The notes under the pieces were generated by a model. That model was not told the origin of the DNA. It did no database searches and worked only from the letters and a program-made list of their open reading frames with translations. DNA of 64,000 nt from Patescibacteria group bacterium (GTDB taxonomy: Bacteria; Patescibacteriota; Minisyncoccia; Ryanbacterales; GWA2-47-10b): assembly GCA_038064855.1 (NCBI GenBank), contig JBBTSE010000002.1, forward strand, positions 72,815 through 136,814. The letters run 5' to 3'. Below are positions 19,848 to 29,665 of the stretch, in pieces. Position 1 is the stretch's first letter, and each line of letters begins with the position of its first letter. Position numbers and translations under genes: made by a program.

Positions 19848-20426
19848 ATGAAAAGTAGAGTGAGGGGGTCACTTCTTTTTGGGTGCTTCGGTCTTCTGTC
19901 CGGGCTGATCTCGTCGGTTGGGCTGGTAGTTTTGAATCTGGATATATTTAAAAGCTTGGATTGGGCAGATCTATATCCTATTTATGTTCCAGGGTTTATA
20001 TTCGGTATCGTAATGGCGATGCCATTTTTATTATATAAGAGACGATTCAATGCCCGCTCCATCATCCTTTGGATTATTGGTTCCGGGGGTGCATACATGA
20101 TCGCTTATTGTTCTGTCATTTTGCTTTATTTTGCGGAAATTCCTCTTTCGTTGATTATGTTTTTTATTGCAGGTTGTGTTGGGGCAATGTTCATGTTGAC
20201 CGCATTCTCATACTGTCTTGTAAAAATAAGACCGATCCCATTTTTATTACTCACTACTCTTGGCGGAGTTCTTGCGCTTTCTTTTTTGACTGATATTCAT
20301 ATTCTTTTCCTAAAAAGTGTCTTCTCCGAATACGGTGTACTTTACATTGTTTGGCAAACAGGGATGGCATCGGCAATTGGCTGGACTATTTGTCCTAGTG
20401 AAAATGCTCAAGTAAAAAATGGTTGA
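19848..20426 (+). CDS. Hypothetical polytopic membrane protein
   Basis: About 6 hydrophobic segments, AT-rich. Confidence 0.7.
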   Translation: MKSRVRGSLLFGCFGLLSGLISSVGLVVLNLDIFKSLDWADLYPIYVPGFIFGIVMAMPFLLYKRRFNARSIILWIIGSGGAYMIAYCSVILLYFAEIPLSLIMFFIAGCVGAMFMLTAFSYCLVKIRPIPFLLLTTLGGVLALSFLTDIHILFLKSVFSEYGVLYIVWQTGMASAIGWTICPSENAQVKNG

Positions 20427-20428
20427 TC

Positions 20429-20824
20429 ATGACTCGTTTTCTCGGTATTGATTATGGTGGGAAGCGCGTAGGACTCGCGCTTTCTGATGATGCGGGCACG
20501 ATGGCGTTTCCGCATAAAATCATTGAAAATACCAAGCGGCTCGTAGATGATATTGGTGATTTAGTAAAAAAAGAAGAGATTGCATGCATTGTAGTGGGCT
20601 TACCGCGTGCTCTCGGTGATATGCACGATACTGATATGACTGCCACGGTGCGCGCGTTTGCAAAAGATCTCGAATCGCTCGGTTTGCCTGTCGAGCTTGA
20701 AGATGAATTTTTGTCGTCGAGTGAGGTAACGCGGCAGGGGGGTACCAAGGGCGCGATTGACGCGTCAGCGGCCGCCATTATCCTCCAAAGCTACTTGGAG
20801 CGGCGAAAAAATATGCTACTATAA
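20429..20824 (+). CDS. ruvX: YqgF/RuvX family nuclease
   Basis: LGIDYGGKRVGLA, VVGLP, DE, IDASAAAIILQSYL. Confidence 0.95.
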   Translation: MTRFLGIDYGGKRVGLALSDDAGTMAFPHKIIENTKRLVDDIGDLVKKEEIACIVVGLPRALGDMHDTDMTATVRAFAKDLESLGLPVELEDEFLSSSEVTRQGGTKGAIDASAAAIILQSYLERRKNMLL

Positions 20825-20829
20825 GGGAC

Positions 20830-21564
20830 ATGGAGCCCTATCTTTCAGTTATTATACCCGCATACAACGAAGAAAAACGCATTGGCATTACTCTTGCAGC
20901 TATAGAAAAGTGGCTCAAAGCGCAGTCATTTTCTTGGGAGGTTATTATTGCTATTGATGGCGCAAAAGACGGCACTGCTGGTGTGGCACAGACGTTCGCG
21001 TTGGGCAAAGACAATGTTCGCGTCATTGATCGTAAGCAAAATCGCGGCAAGGGGTATACGGTGCGCGAGGGGATGCTCGCCGCCCGCGGGCAAGTTCGTC
21101 TTTTTACCGACGCTGACAATTCGACCGACATCGGGCATTTTGCCAAGATGAAGCCACTCTTTGATGCCGGCAAAGATATCGTTATCTGCTCGCGTGATGC
21201 CAAAGACGCGCCAGGCGCGAGGCAAGCCGTACCCCAACCGTTTGCAAAACGCATGATGGGCGATTTGGGCAATCTCTTTATTCAGATTGTTGCTGTCTAT
21301 GGCATTTGGGACACCCAGTGCGGGTTTAAGGCATTTAATAAAAAAGCAGCAGAGAAAATTTTTACCGTTTCTAAAATTGACAGGTGGGGGTTTGATATTG
21401 AGGCGCTCGCACTTGCGCGGCATTTTAGTTTTTCGATCGCTATTGTTGATGCGTATTGGGTCAATGACACGGCGAGCCATGTAAAACTTTCAGGATACAT
21501 CGGCGTACTGTGGGAGACGGTCAAGATTCGGTGGGGGCTTATCACGAGACAGTACGACAAATAA
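20830..21564 (+). CDS. GT2 glycosyltransferase (dolichyl-phosphate glucosyltransferase-like)
   Basis: SVIIPAYNE, NRGKG, FTDAD, DTQCGFK, WGFDIE. Confidence 0.92.
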   Translation: MEPYLSVIIPAYNEEKRIGITLAAIEKWLKAQSFSWEVIIAIDGAKDGTAGVAQTFALGKDNVRVIDRKQNRGKGYTVREGMLAARGQVRLFTDADNSTDIGHFAKMKPLFDAGKDIVICSRDAKDAPGARQAVPQPFAKRMMGDLGNLFIQIVAVYGIWDTQCGFKAFNKKAAEKIFTVSKIDRWGFDIEALALARHFSFSIAIVDAYWVNDTASHVKLSGYIGVLWETVKIRWGLITRQYDK

Positions 21565-21569
21565 TCTTT

Positions 21570-22586
21570 ATGAATCAGTCTTCAGAACTCCGGCAAAATC
21601 CTGTGAGCGGAGACTGGGTGCTCGTAGCTCCTGGTCGCGCGCATAGACCCAACCAATTCAATCTTGATATTGGCAAACCAACGCCAAAAAAAGATTGTCC
21701 CTTTGAAGATCCGCAAAAAGCAGACAATGGCGAACCACTTATATGGTATGGGCAGGACGGTGAGCGCGGGGAGGGATCAATAGCAAAAACATGGGCACTG
21801 CAGGTGATCCCCAATAAATATCCGTTGGTTACCAAACATCATGGTATCTGCCCTGTGCCGCCCGGTGAAGGACTTGTACGCAATATGTTAGCGGTCGGTT
21901 TTCATGAAGTAGTAATCCCACGCGATCACAATACTTTTTTGGCGGACATGAAACCAGAACAAGCAGAGCTCATGGTGCGCGCGTATCAAGATAGAATCTT
22001 GGCGCACAAAGATGAAGACTGTTTGAATTATGTTTTAGTGTTTCATAATCATGGGGCGGCATCGGGCGCATCCATTTGGCATCCGCATTCGCAGATTTTG
22101 GCGTTGCCGTTTGTACCACATGATGTGTTGCGGTCAATCGAAGGATCCCGCGCGTGGTTTGAGAAAAAAGCTACCTGCGTGCATTGCGAGATTATTGAAG
22201 CAGAAGAAGTTTCCGGCGAGCGCCTCGTGTATCGCAACAACGAGTTCGTGGTGATGACACCCTATGCGCCACACGCGTCTTTCGAGCTTCGCATTTTTCC
22301 TCGAGCGCACAATTCACATTTTGAAGAAATAACCGAAGAACAGCGGCTCTATCTTGCCGACGCGCTCACCGCGGCGCTTCGCCGTCTCAAAAAAGTCATC
22401 GGCGATGCGTCGTACAATTTTTTTATTCATACCGCTCCTGTCGACAGGCAAGATTATCGTTACTATCACTGGCATGTCGAAATATTTCCCAAGACATCTA
22501 CACTCGGTGGGGTAGAACATGGCGCTGGCATCCGTGTAGTCGAGGTTTCACCCGAGGCGGCGGCGGAATATTTACGGGCGGCATAA
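21570..22586 (+). CDS. galT: Galactose-1-phosphate uridylyltransferase
   Basis: R..RP, CPF, PNKYP, GASIWHPHSQ, HWHVEI. Confidence 0.92.
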   Translation: MNQSSELRQNPVSGDWVLVAPGRAHRPNQFNLDIGKPTPKKDCPFEDPQKADNGEPLIWYGQDGERGEGSIAKTWALQVIPNKYPLVTKHHGICPVPPGEGLVRNMLAVGFHEVVIPRDHNTFLADMKPEQAELMVRAYQDRILAHKDEDCLNYVLVFHNHGAASGASIWHPHSQILALPFVPHDVLRSIEGSRAWFEKKATCVHCEIIEAEEVSGERLVYRNNEFVVMTPYAPHASFELRIFPRAHNSHFEEITEEQRLYLADALTAALRRLKKVIGDASYNFFIHTAPVDRQDYRYYHWHVEIFPKTSTLGGVEHGAGIRVVEVSPEAAAEYLRAA

Positions 22587-22590
22587 TAAT

Positions 22591-23343
22591 ATGAAAAAAC
22601 TCATCGTAGCCAATTGGAAAATGAATCCCGTGGATAAGGGGAGTGTAGTAAGCTATTTTTCACAACTTGCGCGCGCTAAAGCAGCACTCAAGCATACTGA
22701 TGTAGTGATAGTGCCTCCATTTCCGTATCTTGCACTTACCCCGCGCTCAAATTCTTTTGCGCTTGGCGCGCAGGATATTTTTTGGGAAAAGGACGGTGCG
22801 TATACTGGTGAAGTATCAGGTCCGATGCTCAAAAGTCTCGGAGTACAATATGTCATCATCGGTCATTCGGAGCGACGGGCGTTGGGCGAGACTGATGACA
22901 TGATTGCCAAAAAAATACGCCGCGCGCTCGACACCAAACTTACTCCCATTCTATGTGTCGGTGAAGACGCACGCGATCCAGATGGCATTTTTTTCTCGGT
23001 TATTCGCGGGCAGCTTGAGCGAGCGCTCTTGCTTGTAAAGCAAGCGGAGGCGGGGCGTTTGGTGATTGCTTACGAACCTCTGTGGGCGGTGGGCGCGGGA
23101 CACAAAGCGGCGACTCCTAAAGATGCCGCAGAGGCAGCGCTTTTTATTAAAAAAACGGTAGCCGCACGATTTGGCTCGGCACGCGCCAAATCGCTCCGCG
23201 TTTTATACGGCGGGTCTACCTCACCGCAAAATGCCGCGAGTTTTCTTGTCGAGCGTGATATCGCGGGGCTGTTGGTGGGTCGCGAAAGCCTTAACCCCAA
23301 ATCATTTATAGCGATACTCCAATGCGCCAATACCAATTCGTAG
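22591..23343 (+). CDS. tpiA: Triosephosphate isomerase
   Basis: ANWKMN, GHSERR, AYEPLWAVG, LYGGS. Confidence 0.98.
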   Translation: MKKLIVANWKMNPVDKGSVVSYFSQLARAKAALKHTDVVIVPPFPYLALTPRSNSFALGAQDIFWEKDGAYTGEVSGPMLKSLGVQYVIIGHSERRALGETDDMIAKKIRRALDTKLTPILCVGEDARDPDGIFFSVIRGQLERALLLVKQAEAGRLVIAYEPLWAVGAGHKAATPKDAAEAALFIKKTVAARFGSARAKSLRVLYGGSTSPQNAASFLVERDIAGLLVGRESLNPKSFIAILQCANTNS

Positions 23344-24467
23344 ATATACCAAAAAATCTTCGGGGCAAGACGGCACTTGTGCGTGTTGATTTCAACGAGC
23401 CGCTCAAGGGTGGCCGTATCAAAGATAGTTTTCGCATCAAGCACACCGTGCCTACTATCAAACTATTGCGGGCACGCGGTGCGCGCATCGTGCTTCTCGC
23501 GCACATTGAAGATGAGAAAAAGCATCAGCTTTCATTTAAACCGCTCACGCGTGAGATCGGGCAAATGCTCGGCGCGCCCGTTACTTTTGACGCTTCGTAT
23601 GATGCAGAAAAGATCCGAATGCTCGCGGAAAAAAATATTGTACTGCTCGAAAATATCCGTTTTCATAAAGGTGAAGAAAAAAATGATCCACAGTTTGCCC
23701 GTCTGCTCGCATCATTTGGTGATCTCTATATAAACGAAGGATTCAGTGTCTCTCATCGTGATCATGCGTCAATCGTTGGTGTCCCAACATATCTCGCGTC
23801 GTATGCGGGCCCTCTTTTTCGGCGCGAGGTAGAAAAGCTCTCACATGTACTCAACCCCTCAAAACCTTTTTTGGTGATAGTGGGCGGGGCAAAATTTGAT
23901 ACCAAGTTTGCGCTTCTCAAAAAATTTGTACCGCGTGCAGACGCGGTATTTGTTGGCGGCGTGCTTGCCAATACTTTTTTGGCCGCACATGATTTGGAGG
24001 TAGGTAAATCTTTGTACGAGAAAAAAGCGTTGAGAGATATTCAAAAGCACTTTTTATTGTCTAAAAAAATCATATTGCCATTTGATGTGCGTTTGGGAGA
24101 CAAGGGTAGGGTAGAGAGCGCGTTCGAGATCGGTAAAAATGATTGTATCTATGATATTGGCCCCCAGACCATCGCAGTACTTGGGGATATTGTGCGTACC
24201 GCCAAAACTATTTTGTGGAACGGCCCGCTAGGTTATTTGGAAGGCGGGCACGATCAGGGAACACGCGACTTGTTACGATTACTTGCGCGCGCAAAGGGCA
24301 AAGTTATTATTGGCGGCGGTGATACGCTCGAAGTACTCGACCAGATGCGTATTGGTAAAAGTTTTTTCCATGTTTCTACTGGAGGTGGTGCCATGCTCGA
24401 CTTTTTGGCCGACGGCACCTTGCCAGGTATTGATGCGCTTCGCAAAAGCAAGGCGCGCGTGGGATAA
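23322..24467 (+). CDS. pgk: Phosphoglycerate kinase
   Basis: RVDFNEP, LLENIRF, WNGPLG, GGGDT, STGGGA. Confidence 0.97.
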   Translation: MRQYQFVDIPKNLRGKTALVRVDFNEPLKGGRIKDSFRIKHTVPTIKLLRARGARIVLLAHIEDEKKHQLSFKPLTREIGQMLGAPVTFDASYDAEKIRMLAEKNIVLLENIRFHKGEEKNDPQFARLLASFGDLYINEGFSVSHRDHASIVGVPTYLASYAGPLFRREVEKLSHVLNPSKPFLVIVGGAKFDTKFALLKKFVPRADAVFVGGVLANTFLAAHDLEVGKSLYEKKALRDIQKHFLLSKKIILPFDVRLGDKGRVESAFEIGKNDCIYDIGPQTIAVLGDIVRTAKTILWNGPLGYLEGGHDQGTRDLLRLLARAKGKVIIGGGDTLEVLDQMRIGKSFFHVSTGGGAMLDFLADGTLPGIDALRKSKARVG

Positions 24468-24474
24468 TACTAGT

Positions 24475-24954
24475 ATGTTTCAGACCATTCACCCCAACCG
24501 TTGGTTTTTCTGGGCCGTAGTGCTACCTATCATGGTAGCACTCGGTCTTTTGTGGGCGATTACGGATTTTTCTATCAGCCAAGAATATGAGTTTACTGGC
24601 GATGAGCTTTTTTATTCACTTCGCGCAAAGCGCAAACACCCAGCACCACAGCAACAAGTTGGCACTGCGCGGACCGAACTCGAATGTACGGATCAGGGTG
24701 GTGATTGGGGATTTTTTGGTGATACGATTGTACGCAGGTGCAATGTAAAGACCGCTGATGCGGGAAAAGCGTGCAGCGATTCGGCCGAGTGTCAGGGCGA
24801 TTGCGCGGCAAGTCTTTCGGTGCGTGACAAAGAGACACTCTCATCAGGGCAAGCTCTATTTATGGAGGGGCAATGCTCTACACAGACTTTAAGTTTGGGG
24901 TGCAATTATTTTGTGCGCCAAGGGCAGGTCAAAGGCCTTCTCTGCGTCGATTAA
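24475..24954 (+). CDS. Membrane-anchored protein with Cys-rich extracellular domain
   Basis: TIHPNRWFFW plus TM; C..GG.W...C..KTADAGKACSDSAECQGDC. Confidence 0.8.
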   Translation: MFQTIHPNRWFFWAVVLPIMVALGLLWAITDFSISQEYEFTGDELFYSLRAKRKHPAPQQQVGTARTELECTDQGGDWGFFGDTIVRRCNVKTADAGKACSDSAECQGDCAASLSVRDKETLSSGQALFMEGQCSTQTLSLGCNYFVRQGQVKGLLCVD

Positions 24955-24971
24955 TAGTGTAAAATGGATAT

Positions 24972-25613
24972 ATGATCTTGCTCAAAACCCTTCATCCCAA
25001 TCGCTGGTTTCTTTATTTTATTCTTGTCGCATTTGCGATTTTACTCGTTGTCTACTATGCGGCGCAGACATATCTTATAGAAGAAGACACAAGATATTTC
25101 GACCAGCCAGTAGGAGTCACCGGTACCACGCCCGCCCACAACGCGGACGATGTTGTCAATACTGCAGGCTGGAAGACTTATCGTAACGAAGAGTATGGGT
25201 TTATGTTTAAGTACCCAGAAGCATATGAATTCGAACAAGAAGCCATTGATGATACAAAAGAAGGACTTCCAGTAAAAGGAGTATCAATATTTCTCCAGAC
25301 TGATGAGAAAACAGTAGGGTATGATTTATCAATGGATATTATTCTTATAACAACGCCAGGGTTTAACCTATTTCAGAAAATAGTTGATGACGAGGTGAAT
25401 CAAGCCGGTTTTTGGGATCATTGCGATTCAAAAATATTATTAGGCAAAACGGCTTATGATTGTAAGCCGGATTCAGGCCCATTTATTGGAGAACGAGAAG
25501 TGCTTTTTCGTCTCGAACAAAATAAAGTTCTTTCTGTCACAATAGATCCAGGCAATGATAGAAGTTCGGAGGTCATTCTCTCCTCCCTCACCTTTTTCGA
25601 GCCCAAGAAATAG
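24972..25613 (+). CDS. Membrane-anchored exported protein (TAGWKTYRNEEYGFMFKYP, PsbP-like start)
   Basis: TLHPNRWF plus TM; WKTY.N..YGF..KYP motif typical of CPR surface proteins. Confidence 0.8.
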   Translation: MILLKTLHPNRWFLYFILVAFAILLVVYYAAQTYLIEEDTRYFDQPVGVTGTTPAHNADDVVNTAGWKTYRNEEYGFMFKYPEAYEFEQEAIDDTKEGLPVKGVSIFLQTDEKTVGYDLSMDIILITTPGFNLFQKIVDDEVNQAGFWDHCDSKILLGKTAYDCKPDSGPFIGEREVLFRLEQNKVLSVTIDPGNDRSSEVILSSLTFFEPKK

Positions 25614-25628
25614 TGCTATACTGCCCAA

Positions 25629-26414
25629 ATGCGGCATATTGATGGCAACGATTTTAAAGAAAAAAACGGCTACGAGATAGGGGGGCGGTGGTATCCGCGC
25701 GTCACAAAAATCCTCGAAGTTAAGTCAAAGCCAGCACTCCAAAACTTTTTCCGCGAGATGGGTTCCTTTGAGGCCGCTGAAGCTGTCAAAGAAAAGTCAG
25801 CGCTTGAGGGAACACTCGTGCACGAGACAGTGCAAAAGTTGGCGGTAGGCGAGAAGGTGACTATCCCCAAATCAATAAAGCCAGCGGTCGATAAGTTTCA
25901 AGAGTTTTACGAAGAGCGGAAGATTTTTTTCCACCCCGCATATATTGAGCAGCAGGTTTGGTCAGGGCGTCAGCGCTACGCAGGGACTGTTGATGCTCTA
26001 GCAGAGATTGATGGCAAGTTTGGTGTACTCGATATCAAAACTTCTACAGGGTTTTATCCTGAATACAATTTGCAGACAGCAGCGTATGTGCAGGCGCTCC
26101 AAGAGTATGATGTAAAGCTTGCTCTCAAATTACCACGCCAAATTGAGACGCGATGGATCTTGCGTATCGATCAGCACAAAGTATGTACGCTGTGTGGGTC
26201 AAAACTGCGTGAGAAAGGTGGTCGGGCCAAGATTCGCCCCAATGGTAAAAAGACTTGTGAAGAAGATCGGCATGATTGGGGTAAGGTAGAGGGTGTTGTC
26301 GAGATGCGCGAGTTCCCATACTATTTCAATGATATGAAAGCGTTTAACGCCGCCAAAACTCTGTGGGAGTGGGAAAACAATTATTGGTTGCGCCAGGTAG
26401 GATATTTGTCATAA
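25629..26414 (+). CDS. PD-(D/E)xK nuclease family protein
   Basis: PRVT.IL, GTLVHE, YAGTVD, LDIKT, LQTAAY; CTLC insert. Confidence 0.85.
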   Translation: MRHIDGNDFKEKNGYEIGGRWYPRVTKILEVKSKPALQNFFREMGSFEAAEAVKEKSALEGTLVHETVQKLAVGEKVTIPKSIKPAVDKFQEFYEERKIFFHPAYIEQQVWSGRQRYAGTVDALAEIDGKFGVLDIKTSTGFYPEYNLQTAAYVQALQEYDVKLALKLPRQIETRWILRIDQHKVCTLCGSKLREKGGRAKIRPNGKKTCEEDRHDWGKVEGVVEMREFPYYFNDMKAFNAAKTLWEWENNYWLRQVGYLS

Positions 26415-26421
26415 TACAACA

Positions 26422-27222
26422 ATGGAAAGAGTTGTCTATCTCTTACTAGAACTTGGCATTGTAGCGCTGGTGTTTTATTGGCCCCTTTTCTCTCGGCGTT
26501 TACGAGACAATATTAGAAGCTCTACAAAAGGTATTAAATCGTTTTATGTTTTTGCGTTGCTTCTTCCCATATTGTTTATTGGTGCCTTAGTATTTCTCCC
26601 GCCCGATGGTTACTCAGCCTGTTATCTAGCTCGATTGTCAGAGTGGCAAAAGTGGTCAAATATTTTACATCAGATTAAATATTATATTTACTTTTTACCA
26701 GTTATCACCCTTGTACTCGCAGTATTTTTGCTAATTTATACCACGCTGAGGGGTGGTAAAGATGGCAGGCGAGTAGTTGAACATATCATATATATAGTTG
26801 CTCTGCTAAGCATATTTTCTTTTTTGACATTTGTTGCCAATGCGAGTTGCGGCCATGATTGTCAGATAAAGAGAACTCTTTCTTCATTACGCACAACTAT
26901 GGAGCTTTATTACGATAGTCATGGAGCAAAATACCCTATCGTACATGGTAATACTCCAGCAGAAAGATGGGCTGGACTTGAAATTGCCTTAGGTCAAGAC
27001 TTGCCCGACCATATCTGTTATTCGCAGCATGGAGAACCGAAATTTCAGTATGATTACAAGGGGAGAGAAAATCCTTCACAGTGGGTTGCTTCGGGGTTTC
27101 TCAAGAATCCATTTGAAAGATCTAGTAGCGGTGAGCTACTTAACCAATGGTGTGTTGACTCCGAGGGTTTTTCGCGCCCTATTGTTGGCAAGGAGATAAA
27201 GGGTTTCAATTGTCCAAATTAG
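26422..27222 (+). CDS. Multi-TM protein with C-terminal pilin-like domain
   Basis: 4 TM segments then LSSLRTTMELYYDSHGAKYP...WCVDSEG. Confidence 0.65.
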   Translation: MERVVYLLLELGIVALVFYWPLFSRRLRDNIRSSTKGIKSFYVFALLLPILFIGALVFLPPDGYSACYLARLSEWQKWSNILHQIKYYIYFLPVITLVLAVFLLIYTTLRGGKDGRRVVEHIIYIVALLSIFSFLTFVANASCGHDCQIKRTLSSLRTTMELYYDSHGAKYPIVHGNTPAERWAGLEIALGQDLPDHICYSQHGEPKFQYDYKGRENPSQWVASGFLKNPFERSSSGELLNQWCVDSEGFSRPIVGKEIKGFNCPN

Positions 27223-27226
27223 ATAT

Positions 27227-27670
27227 ATGAGTAACAAAAAAATCGTTGTCTACACTGACGGGGGGTCGCGGGGCAATCCGGGGCCGGCGGCACTCGGGGT
27301 GGCGTTTGTCGACGAGCGGGGTCAGGTGACCAAGGCATACGGCGAGCCGCTCGGTGTACGGACCAATAACGAAGCTGAATACGAGGCGATTATTTTTGCC
27401 TTCAAAAAGGCAAAGCAACTTTTTGGTAAAGACAAAACAAAAACGATGCACATCGAGGTGCGCATGGACTCAGAGCTTGCGTGCCGCCAGCTCTGTCATG
27501 AATACAAAGTGGAAAATGAAAACATTATCCCACTCTTTCTCAAGGTATGGAATCTGATGATTGATTTTGGTGAGGTGACTTTCACACATGTGCCACGCGA
27601 GAAAAACAAGGACGCTGACCGCATGGTCAACGAAGCACTTGATAGCGGAGTACAAAAATCTTTACTCTAA
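27227..27670 (+). CDS. rnhA: Ribonuclease HI
   Basis: YTDGGSRGNPGPA, TNNEAEY, DSEL, HVPREKNKDAD. Confidence 0.95.
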   Translation: MSNKKIVVYTDGGSRGNPGPAALGVAFVDERGQVTKAYGEPLGVRTNNEAEYEAIIFAFKKAKQLFGKDKTKTMHIEVRMDSELACRQLCHEYKVENENIIPLFLKVWNLMIDFGEVTFTHVPREKNKDADRMVNEALDSGVQKSLL

Positions 27671-27735
27671 AATCCTCAAAAGAAAATTTATACTATTTGG
27701 TGCGCTTGGTTGGAGAACGGATTTGAAATATATTA

Positions 27736-28809
27736 ATGTACTCCAAAGATCGCTCAAATAGCACAAACATTTCTTTTGCACAATACCTCACATCTCGCGA
27801 TGTGGCGTTGTGGAGCGCACTCGCGTTTGTGGTAGGTATCGCGTGCGGTTTGCAGGCGTGGGCGCTGCATGCGTTATTTGTACTATTGTCAGTTTTACTT
27901 GGCGCCAGTATCACGGGCGCCTTTTTCTCGCGCAAAGTTTTTATCACAGCCGTCGTGTTGGGGTTTTTTCTGTGCGGCGTGGTGCGTGCTGGTGGCAATG
28001 CGTATACTTTTTCTTTTTTTACTAGTATCGCGCCGCCACTCGAATACGCGCGTAAGTTATTTGCGAATGGACTCGAAGTAGCCCTGCCCGAACCCGAGGC
28101 ATCGTACGCCAAAGGTATTTTGTTGGGTGATCGTAGCGACATGCCGTATGAGCTACGCCAAGTATTTCGTAGAACAGGCACTTCGCACCTGACCGCGCTC
28201 TCGGGTTATAATGTAACTGTTATCGCCCAGTACCTTGGTACACTTTCGCACGGCGTCGCCGTGCCCGTACTCGGCATTGTCTTTTTTGTTATCGCTACGG
28301 GAGCTGCAAGCTCACTCGTACGCGCCGCGATCATGGGTGTGTTGGTATTGATAGTACGCCGCGCGGGGTATCAATATATGGCAGGGCGAGCGCTTTTGTA
28401 TGCAGTAGTTTTAATGCTTTGGTGGGAGCCCGCGATTTTATTTGGTGATATTGGGTTTCAGCTTTCAGTTGCCGCTACCGCGGGTATTATATTTTTAGTG
28501 CCGTACTTTGATACATTGTTTTCGCTTGTGCCAAAAAGATTTGGCGCGCGCGAAGCACTCGCAACCACTATCGCGGCACAAATCACTACATTGCCGCTGA
28601 TCATTTTTTATTTTGGGTTGCCATCGATAGTCTCGATACCGGCAAATATACTCATCATTATCACGATGCCGCTCGCCATGGCGTTTGCGTTTGTCGGAGG
28701 ATTGGTCGGCAGTTTTGCTGGTAGTATATCGGCGTTTGTTGGCCTGCCGGCAACTTTTGTGTTGAGGTATCAGCTTTTTATTGTTGAGTGGTTTAGTCAG
28801 TTATACTAA
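27736..28809 (+). CDS. comEC: ComEC/Rec2 competence membrane domain
   Basis: GTSHLTALSGYNV, RAAIM, DIGFQLSVAA. Confidence 0.92.
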   Translation: MYSKDRSNSTNISFAQYLTSRDVALWSALAFVVGIACGLQAWALHALFVLLSVLLGASITGAFFSRKVFITAVVLGFFLCGVVRAGGNAYTFSFFTSIAPPLEYARKLFANGLEVALPEPEASYAKGILLGDRSDMPYELRQVFRRTGTSHLTALSGYNVTVIAQYLGTLSHGVAVPVLGIVFFVIATGAASSLVRAAIMGVLVLIVRRAGYQYMAGRALLYAVVLMLWWEPAILFGDIGFQLSVAATAGIIFLVPYFDTLFSLVPKRFGAREALATTIAAQITTLPLIIFYFGLPSIVSIPANILIIITMPLAMAFAFVGGLVGSFAGSISAFVGLPATFVLRYQLFIVEWFSQLY

Positions 28810-28813
28810 TACT

Positions 28814-29665
28814 ATGATCAAGCGCTGGAAGATTGTTGTTCTGATAAGTCTTAGTTTTGTGGCGATAGCTATTTGGTATGTTGTTCTTACAAGATCAGAC
28901 GGTAAGCTCAAAATAGTATTTTTAAATATTGGGCAGGGCGATGCGATTTTTATTGAAACGCCAACAGGTGCGCAGATACTCATTGATGGAGGCGCCGGTT
29001 CGCGTGTGTTAGGAGAGCTTGCCGCGGTCATGCCCATCTATGATCGTTCGATCGATGTGGTGATTGCCACACATACTGATGCTGATCATATCGGCGGGCT
29101 TACTGAAGTATTGCGAAGATACGATGTCAGTATGGTAATAGAAAACGGCATGACTGCTGATACTAAGATATGGCGCGAGCTCGATGCGCTTATTAAAGAC
29201 GAGGGCAGCGTGAGGCATATCGCTGTAGCGGGCCAGCGTTTGGTGCTCGGAGGTGGTGCGCATCTTGATATTTTGGGACCCGCTTTCGGCGAACGCGACG
29301 AGCCAACATCAAAAGCAAATGATGTCATGATTGTCACACGGCTTGTATATGGCCAGAGTGAAGTATTGCTGACCGGAGATATCGAGCGTGATGATGAGAT
29401 TCGCCTACTTGCTTCGGGTGTTGATTTGCAAAGCGATGTTTTAAAAGTAGCGCACCACGGTTCAAAAAATTCTTCGACTGATTTATTTTTGCAACGCGTT
29501 GCCCCGGATGTTGCTGTCATATCAGTAGGGGAAAGTAATCGGTACGGGCATCCACATAAAGAAGCGCTCGACCGCCTCGCTAAGACAGGCGCTCGCCTAC
29601 TCCGTACTGATATTAATGGGCGACTCTGTTTTGTTGCGGGTAGCTCCGGGTGGCAAGGATGTTAA
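28814..29665 (+). CDS. ComEC-type metallo-beta-lactamase domain protein (split ComEC)
   Basis: IGQGD, THTDADHIGG, LTGD, KVAHHGS, NRYGHPH. Confidence 0.92.
   Translation: MIKRWKIVVLISLSFVAIAIWYVVLTRSDGKLKIVFLNIGQGDAIFIETPTGAQILIDGGAGSRVLGELAAVMPIYDRSIDVVIATHTDADHIGGLTEVLRRYDVSMVIENGMTADTKIWRELDALIKDEGSVRHIAVAGQRLVLGGGAHLDILGPAFGERDEPTSKANDVMIVTRLVYGQSEVLLTGDIERDDEIRLLASGVDLQSDVLKVAHHGSKNSSTDLFLQRVAPDVAVISVGESNRYGHPHKEALDRLAKTGARLLRTDINGRLCFVAGSSGWQGC

Noticed and set aside
27736-29665. Split comEC as a pseudogene
   Set aside because: The second ORF has its own -10 box, ATG and TM anchor; a two-gene arrangement is common in CPR
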